From an uncultured Nitrospiraceae bacterium (GTDB lineage Bacteria > Nitrospirota > Nitrospiria > Nitrospirales > Nitrospiraceae), in the NCBI GenBank assembly GCA_963706325.1, contig CAVPLT010000007.1, positions 480,001 through 544,000 on the forward strand: a stretch of 64,000 bases of DNA, in the 5' to 3' direction. Of this stretch, positions 27,380 to 35,623 are shown one piece after another. How positions within the stretch are numbered: position 1 is the first letter of the stretch; each line of letters begins with the position of its first letter. The notes below the pieces were generated by a model that was not told the DNA's origin, made no database searches, and saw only the letters and a list, made by a program, of their open reading frames with translations. The position numbers and the translations under genes are program-made.

Positions 27380-29209
27380 ATGTGCGGCATTGTCGGCGTG
27401 TGCGAACGAATGGAGTCGAATCAGGCTCGTCGACTTCTGAGGCGGCTGCTGGCTACCATGGAGGCGCGTGGCCCGGACGGTTCAGGAGAGTTTGTTGAAG
27501 ACTATATTGTGATGGGGATGAGGCGGCTCGCGGTCATCGACGTGGAGGGCGGGGGGCAGCCTCTTCTGAGCCATGATGGTCAGGTCGTGGCCTTCCAGAA
27601 CGGAGAGATCTATAACCACGTCGCCCTCCGCCACGAATTGGAACAGCACGGTGTGGTGTTTCGAACGGCGAGTGACACGGAGGTTCTGGCGCATGGGTAC
27701 GAGCGCTGGGGAATCGATGGGCTCTTGGCGAAGCTCGACGGAATGTATGGCATTGCGATACTCGATCGCCGGAACCGGCAGTTGCATCTCGCGCGCGATC
27801 GCTTCGGCGAGAAGCCGCTCTACTACAGTGCGACGAGGAATAAGTTTGCCTACAGCTCAAATACAATGGCATTGGCACTGTTGCCGTGGGTCGATTGCGC
27901 TATTGCTATCGGCAGCGTCGATCGTTATCTGGCGCTGCATTATGTGCCTGGTCGACGGACGATTTTCAAAGGTATTCAGCGTGTCTTGCCCGGTGAGCGG
28001 CTGACGGTCTCCTTAGGAGCTATGACGCTCCATCATGCGCAGTATTATTGTCCGGCAGTACGACGGATTGAACCGGTGGACGCAGACACGCTGCTAGACC
28101 GGATCACACACGCGGTCACCAGCAGATTGGTGGCAGATGTCCCCGTGGGCGTGTTTCTTTCGGGTGGAATCGATAGCTCAATCGTCGCATCCATCGCGGC
28201 AAGGCACCATCCGGCCATCGACACCTTTTCCATGGGTTTCAAGGATGCGCAGTACGATGAATCGGTACATGCCGGGGTAGTAGCTCGCGCGATCGGTTCC
28301 TCACACCACCATTTCACATTCGATGAAACGGCGTTCCAAGAGTTGCTGCCGACGGTGGTTGAAAGTCTGGATGAGCCGCTCGGCGATCAGGCATTGCTAC
28401 CGACCTATTGGTTATGCCGGGAGGCCAAGCGACATGTCACGGTGGTACTGTCCGGAGAAGGTGCCGATGAATTATTTGCAGGATATGACTACTACGGTAC
28501 CATGCTTTCGCGTCGATCGTGGCGTGCCAACCTCAGGGAGTGGGTGTCCGGCCGGAGGTCATCCGGTGCGCCCCAAACTCTGTGCGACAATTCATGGCCT
28601 GTGACGCCTTCTGGATTCCCTCTCGTGATGGATTCAGGCAGGCGCCGGGAGCTCATCGGGAAAGCTGAGTACGACCCAGATCCCTGGGAGGAGTCTCTGC
28701 TGTCATCCCTCGACTCTGCAGAGAATCCCCTCCAGCGCGCGACCCTGGCCGATGTCTTGACCTGGTTACCTGATGACCTGCTGGTGAAGCTCGATCGGAT
28801 GGCCATGGCAAACAGTCTCGAAGGACGTGCCCCGTTCCTGTCGACGGCGTTGGTCGATGTGGCGCTCCGTCTGCCTGAAGCCCAACGAATGACCGGGACA
28901 CAGACCAAGATCGCGCTCCGCGAAGCGGCCGCTGTGTTGCTTCCGAAGGCTATCGTCCAGCGAAAGAAACACGGGTTCATTCTTCCCATGGCCAAGTGGC
29001 TCCAGCAATGGTTGGGGCGAGTGGGGGATCTGCGGGATTATTTCAATCTGCATCGTATCAAGGAGTTCGACGTGGCTGCCGCGGTATCTTTAGTGGAGCG
29101 GGAGCTGGTTTCGGATCGACCGAACGAGCGCCTTCTTTTCTCACTGGTGATGTTGGCTGAATGGCACCATTCCTTCTTCAGGCGGATGGCCTCTGACTTC
29201 AGGACGTGA
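27380..29209 (+). CDS. asnB: Asparagine synthase (glutamine-hydrolysing) family amidotransferase, glycan-associated
   Basis: N-terminal MCGI, RGPD, NGEIYN, RDRFGEKPLY, LSGGIDSS, SGEGADELF and DRMAMANSLEGR motifs. Confidence 0.9.
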   Translation: MCGIVGVCERMESNQARRLLRRLLATMEARGPDGSGEFVEDYIVMGMRRLAVIDVEGGGQPLLSHDGQVVAFQNGEIYNHVALRHELEQHGVVFRTASDTEVLAHGYERWGIDGLLAKLDGMYGIAILDRRNRQLHLARDRFGEKPLYYSATRNKFAYSSNTMALALLPWVDCAIAIGSVDRYLALHYVPGRRTIFKGIQRVLPGERLTVSLGAMTLHHAQYYCPAVRRIEPVDADTLLDRITHAVTSRLVADVPVGVFLSGGIDSSIVASIAARHHPAIDTFSMGFKDAQYDESVHAGVVARAIGSSHHHFTFDETAFQELLPTVVESLDEPLGDQALLPTYWLCREAKRHVTVVLSGEGADELFAGYDYYGTMLSRRSWRANLREWVSGRRSSGAPQTLCDNSWPVTPSGFPLVMDSGRRRELIGKAEYDPDPWEESLLSSLDSAENPLQRATLADVLTWLPDDLLVKLDRMAMANSLEGRAPFLSTALVDVALRLPEAQRMTGTQTKIALREAAAVLLPKAIVQRKKHGFILPMAKWLQQWLGRVGDLRDYFNLHRIKEFDVAAAVSLVERELVSDRPNERLLFSLVMLAEWHHSFFRRMASDFRT

Positions 29210-29387
29210 TGGTCAGCCGGCGCTGTTGTGGCTGACCGCCGATCGTCTATTCGTCACACAATCCCTCGTATTCCTTGTCACAAACATCGAAAAACCTATC
29301 CTTGCTTGAGAACTCCGGTACTATTTGTTCATTCAGGATGGATGGTACCTGACGGAGATTTGAAACCACAGGGCAGAAACACGTGCA

Positions 29388-30524
29388 ATGACAGTCACGT
29401 ATTTCTCAAAAAGCTCGATCATCGGTCCCAGTAGTCGCTACCGGGTTTTTCAGTTCCTGCCCCATTTGGATGCTCACGGGATCGAGTGTAAGGTTGATCC
29501 ATTATTCGATGAAACCTACTTTAAAATTCTGGCGGTGCGGCTGGCTCCGCTTCGGACTCTTCTGAAAGTTCCCTATGTCGTCGCTCGTTTTCTGAAGCGA
29601 TTGGGGACGTTGCTCGTTCTTGGCGGGCGGGATCTTATCGTGATCGAGGGGCAATTATTTCCCTACATGCCCTCTCTGGCTGAACGTTTGCTCCAGTGGC
29701 GGTATCGAGTGGTGATTGAGTTAGACGATGCGATCTATTTGACGCACGGGCATAAGAAGAAAATGCCTCAGATGCTTTCGATGAGCACAGGAGCCATCGT
29801 CGGAAATGAACAACTGGCCTCCTATGCACAACAATTTTCGCCGCGGGTGTATGTGGTGCCGACGGTGGTGGATACGAAACGATTTGTTCCGGGCGGACAA
29901 CGATCATACATTCCGGTCGATCACTCAGCTGAATCCATCACGATTGTATGGATGGGGTTGGCTTGCAATTTGCGATATTTGAATGTGCTGGCGCCGGCCC
30001 TTCGCGCGCTGCAATCACGGTTCCGCATGAGCCTTCGCGTGATTTGCTCGGAACCACCACAGCTGCCGGGAGTCAACATCGAGTTCAGGGCCTGGGACAT
30101 GCAACGAGAAGTGTCGGACGTGCAAGATGCCTCGATCGGCGTGATGCCGCTTGAGGATACAGAATGGGCGCGAGGGAAGTGCGGGCTGAAGTTGTTGCAG
30201 TATATGGCTGTAGGAATCCCTGCGGTTGCATCGCCGGTTGGGGTCAACCGTGAAATTATTACCAACGGGGTGAACGGGTTTCTCGCCTCTACCGAGCGGG
30301 AGTGGTACGACAGCCTTGAACGGCTCTGCCGCTTAGCCCGCTTGCGGGAGCATATCGGAGAGGCCGGACGTCGGACGGTCGAGGCGCGATACTCCCTGGC
30401 CGTCTGGGGCCCTCGTTTGGCGAAAGTGTATCGGACCTTGGCTCAGAGCGAACGGGATAATGGCACCGAGCATTATAGCCGCACTCCTGTGACGGGCTCC
30501 GGAAAGACGGCAAGCGCGCGATGA
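29388..30524 (+). CDS. Glycosyltransferase family 4
   Basis: SSRYR, ELDDAIY, GKCGLKLLQYMAVGIPAVASPVG. Confidence 0.85.
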   Translation: MTVTYFSKSSIIGPSSRYRVFQFLPHLDAHGIECKVDPLFDETYFKILAVRLAPLRTLLKVPYVVARFLKRLGTLLVLGGRDLIVIEGQLFPYMPSLAERLLQWRYRVVIELDDAIYLTHGHKKKMPQMLSMSTGAIVGNEQLASYAQQFSPRVYVVPTVVDTKRFVPGGQRSYIPVDHSAESITIVWMGLACNLRYLNVLAPALRALQSRFRMSLRVICSEPPQLPGVNIEFRAWDMQREVSDVQDASIGVMPLEDTEWARGKCGLKLLQYMAVGIPAVASPVGVNREIITNGVNGFLASTEREWYDSLERLCRLARLREHIGEAGRRTVEARYSLAVWGPRLAKVYRTLAQSERDNGTEHYSRTPVTGSGKTASAR

Positions 30525-31576
30525 TTCTACTCACACTCACCTTCATAGTCGCCGCGCTTCTATCCATGTATGGCGTCCCGATAGCACGTCGTGCGGCTCT
30601 GAAATTCGGCATCGTGGACAGGCCGGATGGCCGCCTCAAACATCAGCGTGAACCGGTTCCATATTTGGGAGGCGTGGCCATCTATCTCGCCTTTCTCGTG
30701 AGTTTGGCCTTTACGTTTGAGTTCCGGCACGACGTGCTCGGCATCGTCCTTTCCGGGACGCTTATCGTCATGCTCGGATTGATCGATGATTTCGGCGTGT
30801 TGTCGCCTGGAACGAAGTTGGCGGGGCAACTCTTGGCAGTTTTCGTGTTGATCAAGAGCGGCATTCGCATTGAGATCGTGTCGCTTCCGGACTGGATTGA
30901 TATGGCCCTGACGGTGTTGTGGATGATCGGCATCATCAATGCCTTTAATCTATTGGATATTATGGATGGATTGTCTGCCGGAGTCGGCATCGTTAGTGCG
31001 GCCTTCCTGTGTGTGGTGGCGATTCTGAATGGAGACCAGACCATCGCCTTCATGTTGGCGGCACTCATGGGCAGCTTGCTGGGATTTCTCCGGTACAACT
31101 GGCGGCCGGCTTCGATCTATATGGGAGATTCCGGGGCGATGTTCATCGGGTTGATGCTCGGAGCCTTATCCATGATGGGCAAATACACGGAAGGCCACTC
31201 GGTGTCCCTGCTCACGCCGGTCTTGATCCTGGGAATGCCCATTTTCGATACCCTATTCGTCATGTACATCCGATTCTTGCGTGGATTGCCGATATTTCTC
31301 GGCAGTCCAGACCATATGGCGATTCGGCTGCGTCATTGGGGTCTCTCGGTGACACAGGTGGTGGTGATCAGTTATCTGGGTGCCGCCCTGCTGGGTGGCA
31401 TTGGGCTTCTCGTCATGACGGTTCCCCAACAGCTTGCGGTGATTTTGAGCGGAGTGACGATGCTGTGCCTGGCTGGGGCTGCGGTGGCGTTGACGCGCCT
31501 CAATGTGTCGAGTGGCGTTCCGGGATTGAACAGCGAGTCAGCATCCCGATCGGCAGAAAGGACCGGCGTACTGTGA
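30521..31576 (+). CDS. MraY-family polyprenyl-phosphate HexNAc-1-phosphate transferase (WecA/TagO-like)
   Basis: P.LGG, GLIDD, NAFNLLDIMDGL and IYMGDSG motifs; many TM segments. Confidence 0.88.
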   Translation: MILLTLTFIVAALLSMYGVPIARRAALKFGIVDRPDGRLKHQREPVPYLGGVAIYLAFLVSLAFTFEFRHDVLGIVLSGTLIVMLGLIDDFGVLSPGTKLAGQLLAVFVLIKSGIRIEIVSLPDWIDMALTVLWMIGIINAFNLLDIMDGLSAGVGIVSAAFLCVVAILNGDQTIAFMLAALMGSLLGFLRYNWRPASIYMGDSGAMFIGLMLGALSMMGKYTEGHSVSLLTPVLILGMPIFDTLFVMYIRFLRGLPIFLGSPDHMAIRLRHWGLSVTQVVVISYLGAALLGGIGLLVMTVPQQLAVILSGVTMLCLAGAAVALTRLNVSSGVPGLNSESASRSAERTGVL

Positions 31577-32883
31577 TCTTGATTGTCGGGGCCGGATTAG
31601 CTGGATTGAGCACCGCATATCATCTTCGTGGCGTCCCGTACAAGGTCCTGGAGCGTGAACGAGAGGTCGGAGGCCTCTGCCGGTCGTACGCCAAAGACGG
31701 CTTTACGTTCGACTATACCGGGCATCTGCTCCACTTTCGTCAAACGGCCATTAAGGCGTTAGTGGAAAGCCTGCTTCCCACGCAACTACAACGCCACGCG
31801 CGCAAGTCTTATGTCTTTTCGCATGACACCTATACGGAGTACCCGTTCCAGGTGAATACACATGGCCTTCCGCTCGAAGTCGTGCGCGAATGTTTGTTGG
31901 GCTTTATCGCCACCCTGTCGGACCCGTCCGCTAAGCCTCCAACGGAGAATCGGTCGTTCAAGCAATGGATCATCGACAGCCTTGGGGAGGGCATTGCGAA
32001 ACATTTCATGGTGCCGTTCAATGAAAAACTCTGGCAGGTGCCTTTGGATGAGCTCACGTCAGAATGGGTGTCCTGGCTGGTGCCGAAGCCGGACGTAAAG
32101 GATGTCATCAATGGCGCGTTGGGCATCAAGGACAAGGCATTCGGATACAACCCGTCATTCCTCTATCCTGCAAGCGGGGGAATCAGGATCCTGCCGGAAG
32201 CATTTCTTCCGTCCATCGAGAACCTCTCCTACGATTCCGAGCTCGTGGAGATCGAGACGGGAAGACGGCGCGCGGTGTTCCGCAGTGCGTGCGGCGAGCG
32301 CACGGAAGAATATGAACAACTCGTGTCAACGACTCCCTTGCCTGAATTGGTACGGTGCTGCGTTGACCTGCCGGCGTCAATGCGTGAATTGGCGTCCGCT
32401 CTACGATGGGTGTCCGTGTCGAACGTTAACCTGGCCGTCGCGCGGGCACACATTTCCGACAAACACTGGATTTATTTTCCTGAACACCGGTACCCGTTCT
32501 ACCGCGCCGGGTTTCCCATGAACTTTTCTCCTGCCATGGGCCGACCCGGCTGCAGTTCCCTCTATGTCGAAATCTCTCATCAGCCGACGGCACAGGAATC
32601 AGATGCCTCGCTCATCGAGAGAGTGCGGGAAGGATTGGAACAGGCCGGTGTGCTCCGCCGCTCCGACGAGATGGTCATGGCCGATGTCAAAGATCTGTAC
32701 TATGCTTATGTGCTCTTCGACCGGTATCGTGGCCGTGCTGTGAAAGAATTGCTGGTGGAGCTGGAGCGACGCGGCATCAGTTCCGTCGGGCGATATGGGC
32801 TCTGGGAGCATACGTCGATGGAGGATGCGATCGCCCAGGGGCAGCAGGTCGCGGCTCGATTGCGGATGAAAGCCGCTGCCTGA
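31573..32883 (+). CDS. FAD-dependent oxidoreductase, UDP-galactopyranose mutase/protoporphyrinogen oxidase-like
   Basis: GTG 31573 overlaps the upstream stop; GAGLAGL, GGLCRS, FDYTGH, PFNEKLW and GRYGLW motifs. Confidence 0.75.
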   Translation: MILIVGAGLAGLSTAYHLRGVPYKVLEREREVGGLCRSYAKDGFTFDYTGHLLHFRQTAIKALVESLLPTQLQRHARKSYVFSHDTYTEYPFQVNTHGLPLEVVRECLLGFIATLSDPSAKPPTENRSFKQWIIDSLGEGIAKHFMVPFNEKLWQVPLDELTSEWVSWLVPKPDVKDVINGALGIKDKAFGYNPSFLYPASGGIRILPEAFLPSIENLSYDSELVEIETGRRRAVFRSACGERTEEYEQLVSTTPLPELVRCCVDLPASMRELASALRWVSVSNVNLAVARAHISDKHWIYFPEHRYPFYRAGFPMNFSPAMGRPGCSSLYVEISHQPTAQESDASLIERVREGLEQAGVLRRSDEMVMADVKDLYYAYVLFDRYRGRAVKELLVELERRGISSVGRYGLWEHTSMEDAIAQGQQVAARLRMKAAA

Positions 32884-32896
32884 CCGCGAGAATCAT

Positions 32897-34093
32897 ATGC
32901 AGGTGGTCTGTCACGTCATTACCACACTTGAATTGGGCGGCGCGCAGGAAGTCGCCATGCAAGTCGTGGCAAGTCTTGATCGGAGCCGATTCCAGCCGGT
33001 GTTGATCGCCGGACCCGGTGGCCTGTTGACTGAGGAGGCCTGTGCGCTGGATGGAGTCGATGTTCGTATTGTTCCCTCCCTCGTCCGCAAAATTCATCCG
33101 CTGAAAGACTTGCGCGCCTTCTGGGAATTAGTCGGGTTGTTTCGGCGCCTGCGTCCGAAGATTGTACACACCCATAGTTCAAAAGCTGGTATCCTAGGGC
33201 GGCTGGCGGCATGGTTCGCGGGTGTCCCCTGCATTTTGCACACGATTCATGGCTATGGTGTGACTCCTGCACAGCCCTTCTGGGTGAGACGCTCGTTTAT
33301 CGCGCTCGAACGAACGGTGGGTTGGGTCACTACGCATTGGATTGCGGTGTCGCACGCGGATCGACGTCAAGGAATCGAGTGGGGGATTTTCTCCGCTTCG
33401 AAGGTTTCGGTGGTGCGGCCAGGTATCGATCCGACGCCGTTCGAAGCCCGCATAGATACGGCGGGACGTCACCGCCTGCGAGCCGCGCTGGGAATCCGCC
33501 CGGATCAGCTGCTGGTGGGAACGATTTCGTGTTTGAAACCACAAAAATCTCCCGAAGATTTTGTCCGCGTGGCTGCGCGCGTCTGTCAGCGCCTTCCTAT
33601 GGCGAGATGTGTGCTGATCGGCGACGGCGCATTGCGGCCGCAGGTCGAAGAGTTGTTACGGGCGCAGGGGCTCCAAGAACGTGTCACTCTGCTGGGCTGG
33701 CGTCGTGATGTCGTGGCCCTCTTGAAGTCCTTCGACGTGTTCGTGCTGACTTCCCGGTGGGAAGGATTGCCCTGCGTGCTGCTACAGGCCAGAGCCAGCC
33801 GGGTTCCGATTGTAGCCACCCGCGTCGGTGGCGCCGGCGAAGCGATCGTTGAGCACGCGCATGGGACCCTCCATCGGCCCGGAGATGTTCAGGGTATGGC
33901 CGACCGCGTCTGTCATATTCTCGAAGACGAACGCTACCGCTCAGAGTTCTGGATGCGATCGAATGAGTTTCCGGAAGAGTTTACGATTCAAGAAACGGTC
34001 AAACAGTACCAGTTTTTGTACACCTATCTCCTGCATGCCATGCGCCCGATGGGAGGCGCCATGCGGCTGCAGACGACTCGATCAGGAGGTTGA
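32897..34093 (+). CDS. Glycosyltransferase family 4
   Basis: GGAQE, HTHSSKAG, HTIHG, TSRWEGLP. Confidence 0.88.
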   Translation: MQVVCHVITTLELGGAQEVAMQVVASLDRSRFQPVLIAGPGGLLTEEACALDGVDVRIVPSLVRKIHPLKDLRAFWELVGLFRRLRPKIVHTHSSKAGILGRLAAWFAGVPCILHTIHGYGVTPAQPFWVRRSFIALERTVGWVTTHWIAVSHADRRQGIEWGIFSASKVSVVRPGIDPTPFEARIDTAGRHRLRAALGIRPDQLLVGTISCLKPQKSPEDFVRVAARVCQRLPMARCVLIGDGALRPQVEELLRAQGLQERVTLLGWRRDVVALLKSFDVFVLTSRWEGLPCVLLQARASRVPIVATRVGGAGEAIVEHAHGTLHRPGDVQGMADRVCHILEDERYRSEFWMRSNEFPEEFTIQETVKQYQFLYTYLLHAMRPMGGAMRLQTTRSGG

Positions 34094-34105
34094 ACGGGAG
34101 GAACG

Positions 34106-35221
34106 ATGAACATTCCGCTGCTTGATCTGAAAACCCAATACCAATCGATGCGCAGCGAAATTCTGGCTGCGATTGAAGCCACCTGTGACGAACAGGGTTT
34201 TATTCTCGGTCCGCGCGTCGTGGCATTGGAGCAAGCAGTGGCGTCGTATGTCGGTAGTACTCATGCGGTTGGGGTGGCGTCCGGCAGTGATGCGCTCTTG
34301 CTGGCGCTCATGGCGTCGGGCGTGAAGGCCGGCGATGAAGTCGTAACCGTTCCGTTCACCTTTTTCGCAACAGCGGGGGCCATTTCCCGACTGGGAGCCA
34401 AACCAGTGTTCATTGATATCCGTCCCGATACATTTAATATGGATCCCGGGCTTCTTGAGCGGGCCATCACGGGACGGACCAAGGCGATTATCCCTGTGCA
34501 TCTGTTCGGTCAATGCGCCGATATGCAAGCGATCAATGAGATTGCGGGACGACGCAACGTCGCCGTCATCGAAGATGCCTGCCAGGCGATCGGCGCCGGA
34601 CGTCACGGGCGGCGAGCCGGTGCCTTGGGGGATCTGGCCTGCTTCAGCTTCTTCCCTTCAAAAAACCTGGGTGGGTTCGGCGATGCCGGTATGGTGACGA
34701 CCAACGATCAGGCGCTGGCTGAATCTATTGCCATGCTGCGGGTTCATGGGAGCCGGGTCCGTTACGTCCATGAAGCGATCGGCATCAACAGCCGCCTGGA
34801 CGCCCTGCAGGCCGCTGTCCTACTAGTCAAACTGAAGCGACTAGACCAGTGGGCGGAAGGGCGACGCCGGAATGCCTCGCGCTACGTGCAATTGTTCGCG
34901 GCGGAGAAGCTGGATCGTGTCGCAGTCCCCGTTCTAGATACCGGTAATTTCCATGTCTACAATCAGTTCACACTTCGTGTCGAGAAGCGTGACGAACTGC
35001 GAGCCTATTTGAAGGACCACGGAGTGGGCACAGAGGTGTATTATCCCCTGCCCCTGCACTTGCAAAATTGTTATCGGGATTTGGGCTATGTAAAGGGGAC
35101 ATTTCCGCACTCGGAACGTGCCGCCGAAGAGGTGCTTTCGATTCCCATCTATGCGGAATTGACGGATGAGCAGCTGCAGTATGTCGTGCAGTCCATTGCA
35201 GCGTTCTTCCGCAAACATTGA
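34106..35221 (+). CDS. DegT/DnrJ/EryC1/StrS sugar aminotransferase
   Basis: PVHLFGQ, EDACQAIG, SFFPSKNLGGFGDAG, NSRLDALQAA. Confidence 0.92.
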   Translation: MNIPLLDLKTQYQSMRSEILAAIEATCDEQGFILGPRVVALEQAVASYVGSTHAVGVASGSDALLLALMASGVKAGDEVVTVPFTFFATAGAISRLGAKPVFIDIRPDTFNMDPGLLERAITGRTKAIIPVHLFGQCADMQAINEIAGRRNVAVIEDACQAIGAGRHGRRAGALGDLACFSFFPSKNLGGFGDAGMVTTNDQALAESIAMLRVHGSRVRYVHEAIGINSRLDALQAAVLLVKLKRLDQWAEGRRRNASRYVQLFAAEKLDRVAVPVLDTGNFHVYNQFTLRVEKRDELRAYLKDHGVGTEVYYPLPLHLQNCYRDLGYVKGTFPHSERAAEEVLSIPIYAELTDEQLQYVVQSIAAFFRKH

Positions 35222-35623
35222 CGGTATGACTCGCCAGTGAACGTTTTCAACCTCTCCTGCGCAAATGAGTTCCGGACCAGTCCGGTGAGTGGCGCGACCT
35301 CGCCACGTGTAGTGCTGAGCATTTGGCGATCCAAAATTAACGGTGGCCTCTGCCAGGCGTGTATGGATAATTATTGTTTTTGCAATGGCAATCAGCAGTA
35401 GGCCATCCCAGGCGTGCATTGCGATGCGCCATCAGCCTCGGCAGATGCGAGCTGGACGCGAATGTCTATAAATCCGCTTCGTGCTCACGTCGGAATCTGC
35501 TAAAGTCCCTGAATATATTGATATGCTGTCGCTGCCCTTTCTCGCCATCCCGTAGGATTTCTGAGAAGGCTTCAAGAACATGCGAAATTAGACTATAGTA
35601 GCTGAGCACAAACGATAGAACTT

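Noticed and set aside
31009..31572. Long N-terminal extensions in track ORFs (31009, 19547, 18936, 51219, 52322, 54042, 54416)
   Set aside because: They overlap upstream genes in another frame; internal starts with RBS or stop-start overlap give canonical domain boundaries.
35222..35623. Long intergenic gaps (also 37637-37870 and 40548-40924) as riboswitch or sRNA loci
   Set aside because: No recognisable aptamer, tRNA or repeat; short ORFs there lack RBS or homology cues. A covariance-model search would be needed.
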